A stretch of 62,571 nt of DNA, the filler included, from Choristocarpus tenellus KU-1152 (Eukaryota > Protista > Phaeophyceae), in the NCBI GenBank assembly GCA_964200185.2. It is 11 parts of 11 records of this genome, joined end to end, with 100 filler letters (N's around TTAATTAATTAA, not from the genome) between each part and the next. Parts side by side here need not be neighbours in the genome. Positions count along the whole stretch, not along the records: positions 12,460 to 20,084 come from CAXNAD020005854.1; positions 20,185 to 24,424 come from CAXNAD020015535.1; 9 more parts are not named here. One strand, written 5' to 3'. The notes beneath the pieces were generated by a model. The model saw only the letters and a list, made by a program, of their open reading frames with translations. It was not told the DNA's origin and ran no database searches. Of the stretch, positions 12,771 to 24,524 are shown piece after piece. Position numbers and translations under genes: made by a program. How positions within the stretch are numbered: the stretch's first letter is position 1; the number at the start of each line of letters is the position of its first letter.

Positions 12771-13884
12771 AGGAAAAGAAGGGGGAGGGGCTGGGGGGTG
12801 GGGGCGTGGGATGGAGAGCAGGCATAATGGTGGGATGGCAGAAGGGGTGGAGGACGATTGTGAGCAGATGGATTCCAGCATGGCTTCGGTTCCCACACTC
12901 CCCTTCATGGCAGCATAGTAGTGTTCTGGGCTGGAAGGGGTTCGACAGGTGGGGCATGGGATGGGATGTAGGGGTCTGGCGCGGAGGTATAGAGCCGAGT
13001 TACAGCCCAGATCCAGTGAGTGTGTGTAGGAGAAAGGGAGTACTACGTGTTGTATCTGGGAAAAACAGATTGCACGGTGTTGCGGTGTGAGCTGACGTGG
13101 TTGTTGGGATGGGCGTGGGTTAGGGTCCCTGGTGGGGAAGGCTGGCCTTCGAAGCCCCGTAATATCTCTTATTACCGCCTCTCCTGCCTTCTCCTCCTCC
13201 TCCTCATCGTAGCCGTGTAGGGGCGGGTCCCTCTCCTCTCCCTGCTACCATCGTCGTGTGCCTCTACCACCTCTCTGGGCCCATCCCCTTGTGTTCTCGT
13301 TCGGTTTTCCGTCTGGGCTTCGCCATCCTGCAGAGACGAAAAGTGTCTACCTATTCCCAAAAAGGAGTGGTGTGCTCTGCTTATGTTCCCCTCTTCCCTG
13401 TGCCTATCTCGTGGGCCACCATTCCCACCCTTGATCACCTCCACCTCGTCCCCATGTGGACCCATTCCGTTCTCTGTCCATCTTTCTCCGTTCTGTGAGA
13501 TCGAAACCTGTGTGTCTATTCCCGGAGCAGGGTTAAGCCCTGTCTCGTGTACCGTCGTCGCCTTCTTCCATCACCTCGACAAAACCTCATTCCCTCCTAA
13601 TACTCTATTATTGTAAATTGTTTTGTACACAAATATATTCTACTATTATGCCCTCTGACATTTTTGAGATGTGACATGACAAATCGGATTTGGTTTGTCC
13701 AAAATGTGATAAAACCAGAGAACACCAAAATATTTCCACCCGATTTCTTCTGAAATTGTTGTGTGTACTCATCACCTCTTTTTCCAATTCACAACCCTAC
13801 TAATCAATATAGTTATGGTGTGATATAGTAAAGAGTTCAAGCGTGGTCAGGCGAGGCAATGAGTAAAAGTGAAGGGAGGGGAAG

Positions 13885-16833
13885 ATGGCAAGGCGCAGTA
13901 GAACCAGTAAGGGTTTCGTATCTACATCTTGTGTTCTGCGGTTGGTCCTCGTTCTTGCTGGGGTCGGCATGCTTACCCTGGCGTTGATGTTGTTTCGAGT
14001 CTCTTCCAAGAAGCCGGAGGATTCCGACGACATTTTTGCACCTGTGCCTGGTATTCGAGGGGGAAAACTGGGTTCCGAAATTCCATACTATGACCTGGTC
14101 GTGGCGGTGCTCGTTGTTGGTGGAGACACCCCCGAGGCGATGGGCGAGGTAGAGAGAGTTCGAAGAGTCTATGGAAGGTACCCTGGAAAGGTGACCCCTG
14201 ACAAAGGCGAACTGGTGGAGAACCTCACTTTCCGATATGTATTTATCGTCGATTCATCAGTCGCTCCGGAACCTGTGCCAGAATCGGGGCTACTGCGAGG
14301 GGATTACTTCTACGTTAACGTCCGTTCAGGGTACACGCACCTCAGTGACAAGACGCTTGCTCTAATGAGTTTATCAGAGCATATGAGGTTAGAAATTGCA
14401 CACATTGGTGAAGGATAGCTTTGTCTTCCTCAGTGTGGCTATTGACACTAATTCATAGACAAGTAGAGATGTGTGCCCTTGATCTAGGGAAGCAAGGGAG
14501 CCTAGAGTTGGGCTTGTGCGAATCCTGTTGGATACTTGTCTGTAGATTGTAACTGCTTCAAAACAATTCAGTCGATCTTGTTCCATTTTGTTATTCCCCT
14601 CCATGGTGTTGAACTCTAACGCATGACCCCTATCCTGGACCTTCTACGCCCAAAGTTTCCGTTTCCTGGCAAAGACGGACGGCGATACTTTTCCTTGCCT
14701 TCGACGCGTGGCTAGCCAACTGTTGGACGTGCCTCCAGTGGACCAGACACGCGTATATGCTGGCCTTTTGGCAACGTGAGTGACTCATCAAGTGCAGGAG
14801 GACTTAATGCTTGGAATGGTACGTCCTTGTTTGTCTTTCCTATTCCCAGCTCTCAATGCTTGTCTCTCAACACCCCCCACAACGGGAAAGGGACAGTTTT
14901 CTTGTTCTAGAAACCTATAGTTTAGTCATCATGACATATTCTTGACATTCAATTTGTCCTCCGTTGTCAAAACCAGATGTGGAAAGCTCTTCCCTCCAGG
15001 GCACAAACTACATGATGAGGCATTCCTCAAAGCCACGGGAGGTGTGCTGCCTTGTCATCCAATGTACCATCAGGTTAGTCACTTCACTGGGTTTTTTAAA
15101 GGGAATGCCATCACTCTGTTGAATTTAGTTCGAGTGGTTGCAATGGTATGCTATGCCCAGCATGACCGTATGCCGTAACAGTGTATCATTTTCTGTGTAC
15201 CAGAATCAAGGAAGAGCAGTGCAATTCGAAATACTTACATGTGATGCCAAGGCCTACAATACTGTGCTGGGTTTTTTTCTGGAAGATTCAGTGATGTGAA
15301 TCTATTCCTGATTGTTTCTACAAATCTTTTGCAGCTTATGTTAGCAAAGCATTTATACCTCTCCAGTGTTCACATCTGTGGCAAGCAAGAATCTTGATCA
15401 AGTTCTTGAATTGAGTGTCATGTATCTTGGTGAGCCTATTATATTTTCCTCATTTGCATGTTTCACCCTTTTGCTTGGTCACCCACTCATGTGACAACGA
15501 TTGTAAATTGTACCAGGGAGCTTTTTATGTGCTTGGTCGCGAGATTGTGGAGTACTTTCATACTAACAGAAACCAATTGGTGGTTATGTCTGTGGAGGAT
15601 GCCATGGTGGGCCTGTGGCTGCTTGGGATTAAGAAGGTATGATACCACTTCCTATCCTATCAGTTCCAAGTTTTAACTTTCCAAAACCTTACAACCCTTC
15701 TGGAGTATCTGTTTGCAATCAATATGAGCTGTTCATAGTTTGAAATGTATGAATTTCAATACATATTGAATACAATTCTACCCATTAGTCTTACTCCGAC
15801 TCATGATGTGGAGAGCCCGTTGCATCTTTCTACTTTGTGCGGGTTTGGAACTTCCATTAAAGCTCACCTGTATTCAAGGTGGAACATGTCATGAATGGTG
15901 GATTCTAAAATGTATATTGCCGTGGATGAGGATTGTGGTGAGAACAAATTGAAATGTGAGATATCGGATGCTGTGCAACTATATCAATGTTTCCTCTGAG
16001 CATGATCGCACTGTCAATAAACATGGCATTTCATAGCAATGAGGCAAGAATCTTAAAATAGTAGGTTTATGGTACAATGGTATAAAAGGTGAATATGCTG
16101 GTTGCGCTACAGACTATTGCGTATCACCATACAGAGGTGATCATCGAAAATGTGTAACTGTTAGGTGGATGGGGGTTGACCAAAACACCTACCCTTTGGT
16201 AGTAAGCATACATATCTTGCCAAGAAGTTTCTTAGAGCATTGACATCATTACCCCCATTAACCAGCAACAACTAACATACATGTACTTTAGCCATTATAA
16301 CTGGTAATACTGGAGAGTGGAAGGCAGTCTAGTCCTACCACTAACTGCCATACTGCTTCACATACCTTGAAGTTCAAGTTAGTGGGATTTTATTGTGGTT
16401 AGGATCCCAGAGCAATGTGGTAGGTCAGTTAAAATGAACCACTTGTGACTCAAAGATATGTTTCTTTTTATCTTTTTTGTGATATTAATGATGTGGTCTG
16501 CAATAGGTTTTCTTGGTTGGGAGTGAGCAGACTGCACATGTCCTGAACCCTCACTCATTGACTTACTGCCTTACTGGTTCCTTTTTGTGTGCCAAGTCCA
16601 TGTTCCCTGCCATACCTATTTCTAACCATGATTGTCATCCGTAGCTTTGACTTTTGTGTACTCTGCCCACTAACAAACGTTTTTAGGTGACTCTGGACAT
16701 TGGAGGAAACTTCTACTGTCAGTGCTTCACCCACCCAGTACCACGTGCACCTGAAAAGATGCTTTCATTTTACCACTTTTGCAAGACTGATGAAAAGATT
16801 GACAAGTGTGTGCAGAAGATGGGAGCGTGCTGA
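13885..16833 (+). CDS. Glycosyltransferase family 31 (beta-1,3-galactosyltransferase-like), type II membrane protein. Exons 13885-14387, 14656-14775, 14977-15073, 15517-15636, 16687-16833
   Basis: N-terminal TM (LRLVLVLAGVGMLTLALML); GT31-type motifs GYTHLSDKT, FRFLAKTDGDTF (DxD), YHQGAFYVLGREIV and EDAMVGLWL; all introns GT-AG with matching phase; stop TGA at 16831-16833. Confidence 0.9.
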
Positions 16834-18395
16834 GGGCAGGAGGGTTGTTGGTGATATATAGAGACAAAGGAAGTTACTACTGTTGGGTTGCTTTGTTGCG
16901 ATGCTTTGGTTAGGGTTAGGGTTGGTGCCACTCCTGTTTATTATGATTTTGTAAGCTTTTCTCTTTTTGTGTGCACATTAAATGGTTGCCTGGAAGTGGG
17001 TTTTTACTGGCACTTGGTCTCTGCTATTGTAGAATGCATCATCTTGTTCCTTGGGGCACTAAAGCCCAACCGTACCTTTCCTTTGGAAGGTAGTTAGAAC
17101 TAGATGTCTCAATCTTTTTTGTCCTTTGAGTGGTGTACTAAATGAAGCAGTTCCTTATTTTCTACAGGATATATGTGACTCCCCTGTGTAGAAACTATAC
17201 CTTCCTTCCCTTGCCATTAAATGCAAACCCTCAACAGAAGGAGAGGAAGCATTGGTTGCTTCTTCAGCAAGGTGTCTCGATCAATTTGTACCCTTTACAT
17301 CTCTCTCAGCAAATCGTGACGAAACTGTAAGAGGTGGTTTCCTGTTGGGACCTTGGCAGATGGGATCATTGAGCATGCCCTTGTGTGTGGTATATTTTGT
17401 GCTCACAGTCCTTTGCCATTGGCACATATCAGGGATTGAAAATATACCAGAAACTCGAATTTATGATGGTTTGATGCTTCCTGTGTTCATGATCATGTGT
17501 TCAGAACCTGCCTGACCTAACCATTTGGAGGACTAGACCATTTAGAGGGTTGAACAAAATCCCCCATCAGTAGTCCTCTCACTCTCTCTCGCATACAGTT
17601 TTTTTTTTTCATTTTTCTCAAATTTCTTGTTGGATCCAACTTACATGTTGCAGACAAGTCTGGTCAGCCTGCGAGATCCTGAGCTCACTTTTTACATATA
17701 TTTGTACACAGGACCTTCCGGTCTGGTGGTGGATTCTTGTTAATATTCTGACGTTGGACTTGCTTAATTTCCTCATCACAGTTTTTGGAAGAATTTGACG
17801 GAGTAGGGAGGTGCTTTCTAGGGTTCGAATTGGATTGGGCAACTCCATAGCTTGTCTGATCCATCAATAAGCTGCAGTGAGTTTAATATGCCACTCTGAT
17901 GCCAGAAGTGGTTCCCGCTCCCCTGTGGTGATTGCCACCTGTACTTGTTGAGGTACAGACAACAAAACCTTGGGACTTGCAAGAAGTTCCAGAGATCCTT
18001 GGCACAACCCACTCGCAAAACTGCTGTAGGTTCCAACAATTCCAATGTGCCACGGGTGCAGGAAGTACAGCAAGTACTACTGGTCCCTACAACCAATAAT
18101 AGTTCAGCGCCTATTTTATGACCAATGTAAAATGATCCAGACCTCTCTAAGTAGGACCTTTGTTTAGTTTCTTGTGCTTCCTGTACATTTAAGGTCCAGT
18201 GTTGACTCACCAATTCTCCTTTCCTGCTCTCGGTCTGTACGTACTATCACTTATTGCTACAACCCTTAATAGCTTTATTAATGCGATTTTCGTATTATGT
18301 CTGATGTTAGTTTAGTTTGAGTTTAGAAGTGGAGATAGATAGTTTCCAATAGGAATGTTTTTTTGTAAGGTATCTATTCTCATCCCAAAAAAGAA

Positions 18396-18477
18396 CGACG
18401 ACGGCAGGACTCGAACCTGCGCGCGGAGTCCGCAATTGATTTCTAGTCAATCCCCTTAACCGCTCGGGCACGTCGTC
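18396..18477 (-). tRNA. tRNA-Ser (anticodon AGA)
   Basis: Acceptor stem GACGACG/CGTCGTC, discriminator G, D-loop AGCGGTTAAG, anticodon stem ATTGA/TCAAT with loop CT-AGA-AA, long variable arm, GTTCGAGT T-loop, and a downstream oligo-T Pol III terminator. Confidence 0.96.
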
Positions 18478-18913
18478 ACATGTGCTTAGTTGTCGTTCTA
18501 CACTTGATAATATTCATTAGCACAACCAATGTTTCATCCCAAAAGTACGCGATATTATTATGGTCACTAGTACAACCAGTGTGCTTAAGGCTCTGAATCA
18601 TTGTTCGATGTTCGCAATCATCCACAAACTTTAAATATCCCTGGAAGAGCTCCAACTCTCATCCATCTACCCATACCAGGGAGGCATCTGGACTCTGAGC
18701 TGCTCAAGAGGGAGAGGAGGTCCTGTATTTGGACCTTCGTACTAATGCCCACTACTCCCCCTTTCCGATGCAGATAGTATATTGGGGGGGGGGGGGGCAT
18801 GGCAATGTACGGACAGTGGCAGCAGAAGAGATGGAATACATCATCAGGAAGAACGCCAGGCTCATGGAAGGAGATTAGTAAGTCAAGGAACAGAAGGAAC
18901 ACAGAAGTTGATA

Positions 18914-19084
18914 GGCTCAAAGTATCTGGGGGGGGGTGGCTGTCCATTTGGGTCAATTTTTTCATGTCGCGATTTTTGGATGATTTGGTTACATACGTCG
19001 GATGGATAATGTAGAAGCACTTTTCCTTATTTTGGTCCAAACGGACACCTTGATGTAGATCCCCCCCCCCAGATACTTCGGGTC
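18914..19084 (+). mobile_element. MITE subfamily A, complete
   Basis: GGCTCAAAGTATCT, poly-G ... poly-C, AGATACTTCGGGTC; 3-bp TSD ATA/ATA. Confidence 0.93.
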
Positions 19085-19289
19085 ATACTTTGAATGGGAT
19101 GGGGGTGGCCTGAATATTAAAAGCAAAGGGAAAAGAGAGATGCAAAAATAACCTACCACAAAAGAAAAAAACAGAGAGAAGGTAGTATTCAGCAGACAGT
19201 GGTGGTTGTTTCTTGAGCTGCCTTACCTACTGCTTTAGTGTGACATACATCATCAGCTATCACGGTATCCTTAGAATACAACCCTTGTT

Positions 19290-19990
19290 GTGGAGTTCAT
19301 TGTGCTACTAACAACAAGCTCGTACCACCTGTGTTGGTTGGCTATCCTTGCCCTCCATCGTTCACCTGTGATCCCAAATTTCTGGAGGTCGTCTTACAGG
19401 CATATCCACCATTTCTTCTCCTGTCCAACTTCCGTTTTCCATCTGCGAGCTCCCCAAATATCAACAACTCTGGAATTTGCTCACCCTCCATGCAGGCAGC
19501 TTACCCTGCGGATAGGGGGCTCTACATTTTGCACAGTTAACTCAACACTCTCTCATCCAGTGTTCACAAGAAGCGCATCTTCCTAGGAAGAAATGGAATT
19601 GGTGCGTTCCTCATTGCAATTTCTGATTCAAAGTTAAGAAGATATTGTGGTAACGAGGGCAAACCTTCGTATATAAACAACCATATGCCAGAATCTCAAG
19701 TACTTCTGCATTGAGCATTCGGGTATGAAGCCCAAGTGATACACCTGAGGTCCTATTATGAGGCACTTGACAGCATTGGGGGAAACAGGTCCAATCTTCT
19801 TACCTTTCGACTGATCGTGGCGGTGATACCAGCTTCATCATTGATGGGGGCTCAATGGTAAACAAATTTGTCAGCCTGCTTGTAGGCTGGCCCAACCCCT
19901 GGATTTGCGCGTGGTGCCGAATGTCACAGGCGATATGTCTTGATGGTGGTTTCATAAACACCATTATGACATTGAAGTTCTAGACTTGAT
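19290..19990 (-). mobile_element. Decayed RTE-like LINE, C-terminal part of the RT ORF
   Basis: Frameshifted remnants read GQ.YKQADKFVY, RMLNAEVLEILAYGC, ESVELTV, IPELLIFGELADG and GQEKKWWICL*DDLQKFGI...WYELV, typical of the post-RT region of RTE-clade LINEs. Confidence 0.75.
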
Positions 19991-21429
19991 ATATTTGTAC
20001 TTCTTGATTATTTATTTATTATTTGGTCATTATGGTCTCCGATTGTGATAAGATATCGTTAATCAGTTCCTTTCTTATACATACNNNNNNNNNNNNNNNN
20101 NNNNNNNNNNNNNNNNNNNNNNNNNNNNTTAATTAATTAANNNNNNNNNNNNNNNNNNNNNNNNNNNNNNNNNNNNNNNNNNNNGGGCATTATAGTGGGA
20201 GGCTTAGGATGATAGGAAGTCAACATGGAAATGAGGGAGGGGGGGGGGAGATAGGAGGTTTTGAGGTGAACCCTAATATGTAACCCCCCGTGTTAATGGT
20301 TAGGGTTAGGGAAAGAGAGAGAGGAAAGAAAGGCTTTTCAGTTACAACAACAGCTATGCTGACTGTATCTTTGTGGATCAAGATGATATCCTCACATCTC
20401 CTGTGTTTTAAATAACAGGCAAGGGGTCTGGACCACGGTATACACCGGACCAAACCAAAGAGTCAGAATAGTGCAGACGCATTAATCAATATCTGCGCTT
20501 TCAACTGTTGAGACTGAATCACTCTTAGGGTTAGGGTAAGGGTAAGGGTTGACGATAATACAAATAAAATCATTTAGTTTTTCAGATCATCTTTTAAAAC
20601 AAAAAAAGTATGTTCGTAGATTCAAAGCCTTGACCCATAATGCCTCCCTACTACTTGTATTACAATAGTTACATAATGTGCTTCTATTTCTTCGTTTAGT
20701 TTGTGTAGCAATAGAAAAAATGAAAAAAATATCTGGGGGGTGAATATTAAAAAAAAAAACTGTTCTTTTTTTATATCACGACTTTATTTGTATGTTAGTG
20801 AAAAGCAAATGTAGTGTACTCTGCCTACAGTATTGTATGCATGGTCCATTAACACTCAAACACAAATACAAATACAAACACAAACACAAACACACACACA
20901 CACACACACACATGACTTCAAAACAGGGCAACCTTAACTTCATCTGTAGACCTAACACACATTATCACATTATAAACATACATCTCTTGTGTGTCCCAAC
21001 CATTTAACGCACAAAAGCATGTGAGCCCACCACGCACAAACGCCTCCACTCCCTCCAATCTCACCCCAGGCTGCCCCCCAGGGCCTCTCCAAGCACCCCC
21101 ACAATGATGTCCCTGCTCCAATTGATAGAGAGGACGTGAGTTTGGAAAGGACCTCTCATGGCACGCCAAAGGCATGGGGCAAGGCCTACTCTCACTACCC
21201 ATTGGGATTTCATAACGCCCACCACAGAGGACCGGATTGATGCCCGGGTCATGCCACGCAAGATCTACAAAACCAGAAAATGGGATGGGGGGGGGGGGGG
21301 GCAGGGGAGAAAGAAGAGAGCGGGGGAAAAGGGGTAGAAGTATTTTAAGCTTTAAAGGAGGGAAAGGGGGGTGGGGGCCNNNNNNNNNNGGAGCGGCGGG
21401 GGCGGCGAAAGCAAAAAACAAAACAAGAA

Positions 21430-21464
<35 letters not shown>

Positions 21465-21961
21465 AGGAGAACGAAGAGAGCGGTGATCAAGAGTTAGAAG
21501 TATTTTAAGCATTCAAGGAGGGAAAGGGGGATGTGGACCAGGATGTGGACCAGGATGTGGATTATGTGAAGGTGGTTTCGGGCAGGAGGAGGCAGGGGTG
21601 ACAGGAGTTCTGTGAGAAAGTGTGATGGGGAGGGAGGGAGCAAGCAGCAATTCCAACTGGAGTGTAGAGCAGAGGAAGTAGGGTCACGACAGGCAGGGTT
21701 AGGGTTAGGGTTAAATACCACAGTATAAGGAGAATAAGAAACAGCGAGCAAAGGAGAAATGGGTGCGTTAAATGGGTGGGTGGTACATAGAAATGGGTGC
21801 AAGGAGAGTAAAAGTAAAGCAGGCGTCCTTCTCTTCTTGATATTCCACTCAGTGCTTAGCTCAAAAGTTTCCCACAAGAGATGGGACTTCTCTGTACCAC
21901 CTGTGTGGTCCCAATGTACTTCTATCACTGTATATGTAATAGGAGGTTGTGATGGCGCCCA

Positions 21962-22070
21962 GTACAGTACATACATACATGTAATACATGCACACCACGC
22001 ATACAATACAATGCATACATACATACATGCCATACATACATACATGCCATACATACCATTCATACATACA
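21962..22070. repeat. Imperfect (ACAT)n microsatellite
   Basis: Read directly from the sequence. Confidence 0.85.
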
Positions 22071-23042
22071 ATAAGAAACAGTACATAAAATGAAGTACAG
22101 AGCCCTCTAATCACGATGAGATACCCGATAGAGAACAATCTACTACCGCCATTGCATTCCATGTACCACATATTCATGTACTAGATAGACTACTAAAAAG
22201 ACTAAAAAGACACAGAGATTGTTTAACCTCACCTAATACTATAGTACTCTCGAAGCAATCTACTTTCATGCACCACCTTCCTTGGAATCAAACAGACAAG
22301 ACGGAGGAGGGAGAGGAGGGCAACAATCTGGACACCTTGCTGTGTGAGACCATTCCTGTTGACTCGAGCTCTACCCTGTGGAGGCGACCCAACAGTTCCT
22401 CCAAGCCCTTCCAGTCCACCTGGCCACCGTATTCCTTGTCTGCACTCAGTGGCCCGTCGCCACTCTAATGGAAGAGGGGGCGTGAAGAGAAAGCACAAGT
22501 CGGACAGGTGGTGGTGTGTGCGTGTCAAAACACTTAATTCCCACAAAAATTTGCAACAAAAACATTACTAATACTACTACTGTTTAAAAAAAATAATAAT
22601 ATAAAAAATAACAGCAATATGTGAGAACCATCTTCCAAAAGATCGTATACCTCTAGGGTATAACCTATATCTTGAAGAATCTGTTATTGATATGACATTT
22701 GTTTTTGCATGTTGAAGTTAACATCTACTTGAGTACATAGTGGGTGGTTTGAGGGGGACCTTGCAAACCCCCCTCATTCGCTTCCCACCGTTTCACTCTT
22801 TCCTGAGTGATCTCGTGAGGGATTGCTCTCCCTCTTGCCTTACCTCTCTCCATTTTCTTGCCTCCTGTGAGTCTTCCCTCTCCCCTTCATTACAAAAAAC
22901 CCCGTCGGCTTGTTTCCATCTGTTTCACAAACAATAATAAATACTAATAGTAATAGTAATAGTAATAATAATAATAAAAATAACGGTAATAACACCTCTC
23001 TGCTCAGTAAGTATGCCATGGCCACTTCACACTCAATGCCAA

Positions 23043-23043
<1 letters not shown>

Positions 23044-23091
<48 letters not shown>

Positions 23092-23166
23092 TCCCAAGAG
23101 AAAACAAAAGCCAGAAAAAAAAAAAAAAAAAAAACACACACAAAGGGAGAGAGAGAGAGAGAGAGA
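23044..23166. repeat. (GA)n microsatellites flanking a poly-A run
   Basis: Read directly from the sequence. Confidence 0.9.
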
Positions 23167-23368
23167 GGTCCCTACCAAGTCAAGTCAAGTCCTAGAAAAA
23201 ATCAAATAAAAAGTACAGACAAAGGAGGACAGGATCAAATACGCAGCGCAATAATAAATTGATTAATAAATTGATTAATAAATTAATTAATCAATTAATT
23301 ACAGAGTAGTTCCAATGACCTCGGCTGGCAGGCAAGGGTGAAGAATGATACAAACCAATTACTCGCTA

Positions 23369-23464
23369 CCACTTTGGGTGTCCACTTTGGGTGTCCACTT
23401 TGGGTGTCCACTTTGGGTGTCCACTTTGGGTGTCCACTTGGGGTGTGCACTTTGGGTGTGCACC
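23369..23464 (+). repeat. 13-bp minisatellite (CCACTTTGGGTGT) x about 7
   Basis: Five perfect and two degenerate tandem units with no spacers. Confidence 0.95.
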
Positions 23465-24326
23465 AAATGGAAGCTCAGTAGTCGGTTCACACAGATAGAG
23501 AACACAAGGTTGTTGTGAATGCACACTCTCCTTCCTCCTCTTCCTCTTCAGCAGCAACACAACAGTCAGTGGCGACCAATGTTTCTAGTATCCCTTCTAT
23601 ATACTATGTGCCAAGTGACTTCCTACACGATAACTCTTTCGTTGCATTTGTGAAGGGGGGGGGGGGGGGGGGGGGGAGCCATTTTTTGAGATTTTTTTTT
23701 AATTTAAAAATTNNNNNNNNNNTTTTATACTGTTGCCGTCGTTCTTTCCCTCCCGGACCTTTTTGGGTTGTGTGGGGGGGGGGGGGGGGGGGGGGAGGGA
23801 TCGCTATGTATAGATTTACTTTAACTATATACATGCATATACGTATGTATATAATTTCACTTCTAAGAAACCTGTCTAGCATATACAAGGGGACCATGCT
23901 CACATGAGCTAGAAAGGCGACTAACCTGCTATTTCCCCAAACCCCTACCCCACCCCAATCCGCACACCCATGCCGGGGAAAAAATAATAAAAATAATGTT
24001 TATATTCTAAACTAGGTTCACCCTTGTCAATTCACGATCATTGTTGTGACTGAAAAAAAGCATTGTATTGTTACTGAGAGAGGAAAATAGTGCCAAATAT
24101 AATACAAAAACATCAGTGTAATGTGTGTTGTAACAATCTAGAAATAAAATAATCCAAATAGTTTTAAAAAAATTATTAAGATCGACATATTACTACCCAC
24201 CCGGATGTGACATTACTACCACCAATACACCACTTCAGTACTCAATACTTGAAGTAGCATGGTTCATTCTTTGTTCACCACAGCTCAAGTACAACCACTA
24301 CAACCTACAAAACAAAAAAGACTACC

Positions 24327-24381
<55 letters not shown>

Positions 24382-24524
24382 ACCAACCCCCGTTGGGGGA
24401 AAAGGGTGACAACCGGTGGCCGCCNNNNNNNNNNNNNNNNNNNNNNNNNNNNNNNNNNNNNNNNNNNNTTAATTAATTAANNNNNNNNNNNNNNNNNNNN
24501 NNNNNNNNNNNNNNNNNNNNNNNN

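Noticed and set aside
21290-21535. Near-duplicated segments either side of 10-N gaps (also 46680-46820 and 57165-57410)
   Set aside because: Error-rich copies adjacent to poly-G/C and gaps are typical low-quality read tails, i.e. assembly artefacts.
23369-23464. CRISPR-like array (also considered for 44754-44862 and 54995-55225)
   Set aside because: No unique spacers, no cas genes and a eukaryotic context; these are tandem repeats.
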